29,813 nucleotides of DNA from a virus (lineage: Duplodnaviria > Caudoviricetes). The notes under the pieces were generated by a model. That model did no database searches. It was given only the letters and a program-made list of their open reading frames with translations, and had not been told where the DNA came from. The DNA lies in IMG/VR virus record IMGVR_UViG_3300047121_000505, positions 1-29,813 of that record; one strand, written 5' to 3'. Below, piece by piece: positions 27,681 to 29,813 of this stretch. A program made the position numbers and the translations under genes. Position 1 is the stretch's first letter; each line of letters starts with the position of its first letter.

Positions 27681-28098
27681 AAAGTTAAAAGCATTGTGGA
27701 ATAAGCCTGTACCTATTCCACCCGAACCACCAAAAACTGAAGCAAAAAAAGAACGTAAGAAAAAAGAAGAGCAACTTAGCCCAAAAGAAATTGCAACTAA
27801 TAACAATGAACCTTACGTAGCTATTACTAGTGTTGAGGTAGATCCAAGTAATATTAATTCAGGAAGTTTTGAACTTGACTTTAACGATAAGTTCGTGATA
27901 AACTTGATCAAAGCAGGTTACAAATTGCGTGAAACAGATAGCGATGTTGATATTGTTGATCGTTGGTTCCAAACAGTTTGTCGTAATATTGCACTAGAAG
28001 TATACGAGCAACAAGATGCTGATCCTAGAAACCGTGACGCTGATATCCGTGTAGTTAGATCAAGGAACATTGGAAATGGAAGATCCGAAGTCAGTTAA
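27673..28098 (+). CDS. Hypothetical phage protein
   Basis: 141-aa ORF with GAGG SD. Confidence 0.75.
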   Translation: MFEKLKALWNKPVPIPPEPPKTEAKKERKKKEEQLSPKEIATNNNEPYVAITSVEVDPSNINSGSFELDFNDKFVINLIKAGYKLRETDSDVDIVDRWFQTVCRNIALEVYEQQDADPRNRDADIRVVRSRNIGNGRSEVS

Positions 28099-29107
28099 GT
28101 ACATCATTATTGATACCGCTAACTTATTTTTTAAATCAAAATATATTGCTAGTCGTAGCCAAACCGATGATGAACGTGTTGGTATGGCATTACATCTTAC
28201 ACTACAAAGTGCGCACACTATGGTTCGCAAATTTAGTGGACAAGCACCTGTACATGTTGTTTTTGCCCTTGAAGGACGTAGTTGGCGTAAACAGTTTTAC
28301 GAACCATACAAACGTAACCGTATGGTTAAAGAAGCTGCAAAAACACAAAGTGAAGTAGAATTAGATGATTTGTTTAATAATACCTACAATGAGTTTATAA
28401 AGTTTCTTAACGATAAAACCAATGTATCAGTCATACGATGTAATAATGCGGAAGCAGACGATATCATTGCACGTTTTATCCAACTTCACCCAAATAATGA
28501 TCATGTTATTATAAGTAGTGATACTGACTTTGATCAATTGATTGCGTCTAATGTTCAACGTTACAATAGTTTAGCTAATCAACTTATTACCATTGATGGA
28601 TACTTTGATGAAAACGGTAAAAAGGTAATTGACAACAAAACCAAAGAGCATAAAACATTAGGTGATCCACAATTTATACTGTTTGAAAAATGTATGCGTG
28701 GTGATAGTACTGACAATATTTTCAGTGCTTACCCAGGTGTACGTAAAAAATCCACCAAAAAAACCATTGGATTGATTGAAGCTTATGCTGATCGTGAGAA
28801 AAAAGGATTTAATTGGAACAATGTTATGCAGCAGCATTGGGTTGATCATAACGGTATAGAACACAAAGTCAAAGATGATTATGAACGTAATCGTGTGCTT
28901 ATTGATTTGACTATGCAACCACAAGAAATCAAAGATGCACTTGATACAGTCATAACAGAAGTTGTAAATAAAAAACCTGTTGGGCAAATTGGTATAGAAT
29001 TTATGAGATTTTGTGGTAAATACCAATTGATTAAAATATCAGAATCAGCAGATTATTATCTAGATTGGTTAAAGAAACCATATGTTGGAAATTTAATACA
29101 TGAATGA
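28070..29107 (+). CDS. rnh: 5'-3' exonuclease / T4 RNase H-like flap nuclease
   Basis: IID.., SWRK..Y.PYK.NR, EADD, SSDTDF.Q, GDSTDNI motifs; exact start uncertain. Confidence 0.9.
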   Translation: MEMEDPKSVKYIIIDTANLFFKSKYIASRSQTDDERVGMALHLTLQSAHTMVRKFSGQAPVHVVFALEGRSWRKQFYEPYKRNRMVKEAAKTQSEVELDDLFNNTYNEFIKFLNDKTNVSVIRCNNAEADDIIARFIQLHPNNDHVIISSDTDFDQLIASNVQRYNSLANQLITIDGYFDENGKKVIDNKTKEHKTLGDPQFILFEKCMRGDSTDNIFSAYPGVRKKSTKKTIGLIEAYADREKKGFNWNNVMQQHWVDHNGIEHKVKDDYERNRVLIDLTMQPQEIKDALDTVITEVVNKKPVGQIGIEFMRFCGKYQLIKISESADYYLDWLKKPYVGNLIHE

Positions 29108-29672
29108 TTTTATTTACATAGAGGATAAAGTTTTTAGTCCTGAATTTTGCAATGAAGCGATACTATTTTTTGATGCGCTATCATCTTCGGGATTTGGACA
29201 TACAAGAAAGAATTATGCCCCACGTTATGAAAAAGATGATATCACAATTTTCCCTACTGCAACCGATATTATTGTTAGAATGGAAGCATCTAGGGAAATA
29301 ACATCAACCTTCAATAAAATTCTATGGGACAATATTTATAAAAGTTACACAGATAAATTTGATATTCTTTCTGCACTAGATAGTCATGGCATTCATCAAA
29401 TTAGAATGCAGAAAACATTGATTGGAGGTGGGTATCATATTTGGCATTGTGAAACTGCAAGTAGAGACACAGCAGTGAGATTATTAACTTTTACGGTATA
29501 CCTAAATACAGTCGATGAAGGTGGAGAAACAGAGTTCTTGTACTACCCAAAACGAGTAAAAGCTGAAACAGGTAGAGTATTAATGTTTCCCGCAGGATTT
29601 ACACATACACATCGTGGTAATCCACCAATAAGCAATGATAAGTATATTATAACAGGATGGATTGAATTTTAA
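29100..29672 (+). CDS. 2OG-Fe(II) oxygenase (prolyl-4-hydroxylase-like)
   Basis: YHIWHCE, YLN...GGETEF, FPA..THTHRG, KYIITGW. Confidence 0.88.
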   Translation: MNDFIYIEDKVFSPEFCNEAILFFDALSSSGFGHTRKNYAPRYEKDDITIFPTATDIIVRMEASREITSTFNKILWDNIYKSYTDKFDILSALDSHGIHQIRMQKTLIGGGYHIWHCETASRDTAVRLLTFTVYLNTVDEGGETEFLYYPKRVKAETGRVLMFPAGFTHTHRGNPPISNDKYIITGWIEF

Positions 29673-29673
29673 T

Positions 29674-29813
29674 ATGGAAAACACTGACAAACCAATTTTA
29701 GGATATTATAGTGATGGTAACCCTATTTACGAAGCTGAAAAGGGACAAATTGTCACACACGCATTCATACTATGCAGAATGTGTAATGCCTCTATTAGTC
29801 CAAACAGGGGACC
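29674..29813 (+). CDS. Hypothetical protein, N-terminal fragment with CxxC
   Basis: ATG 29674, open to the window end (MENTDKPILGYYSDG...CRMC...). Confidence 0.6.
   Translation, partial: MENTDKPILGYYSDGNPIYEAEKGQIVTHAFILCRMCNASISPNRG

Noticed and set aside
425-28737. C/G-rich patches at CCWGG as Dcm-related sequencing error
   Set aside because: Changes are synonymous, keep reading frames and conserved motifs, and extend about 20 nt from the site; basecalling errors would not respect codon position.
1-29813. Stop-codon reassignment
   Set aside because: Conserved genes are full length in the standard code and TAA, TGA and TAG all end genes.
1-29813. tRNA or other structured RNA genes
   Set aside because: Intergenic gaps are short and explained by promoters or hairpins; no cloverleaf seen.

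Overview
AT-rich, almost entirely + strand segment of a large T4-like (gp43/gp44/gp45/RNase H-type) dsDNA phage, read in the standard genetic code. It holds replication and repair genes (clamp loader end, B-family DNA polymerase, sliding clamp, DsbA-like protein, UvsE, RNase H), a DnaJ-peptide deformylase-ClpA proteostasis cluster, PhoH, Dps, two HAD nucleotidases, two glycosyltransferase-like proteins, three 2OG-Fe(II) oxygenases, and a block (about 10.6-20.2 kb) of probable capsid-packaged, protease-processed internal proteins. Three signals go beyond the gene list. (1) CCAG/CTGG/CCGG is almost absent except where a Pro-Gly dipeptide forces it, and most forced sites sit in a strand-specific halo of synonymous C enrichment on the CCAG strand. 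(2) A 908-aa polyprotein has in-frame modules delimited by a nucleotide-identical 17-bp repeat (AAGGTGTGGCGGAAGGC, 'GVAEG'), suggesting a cassette-shuffling system. (3) TAAATA late-promoter motifs are repeatedly embedded in hairpins that cover the downstream ribosome-binding site. All counts were made by eye and need computational confirmation.
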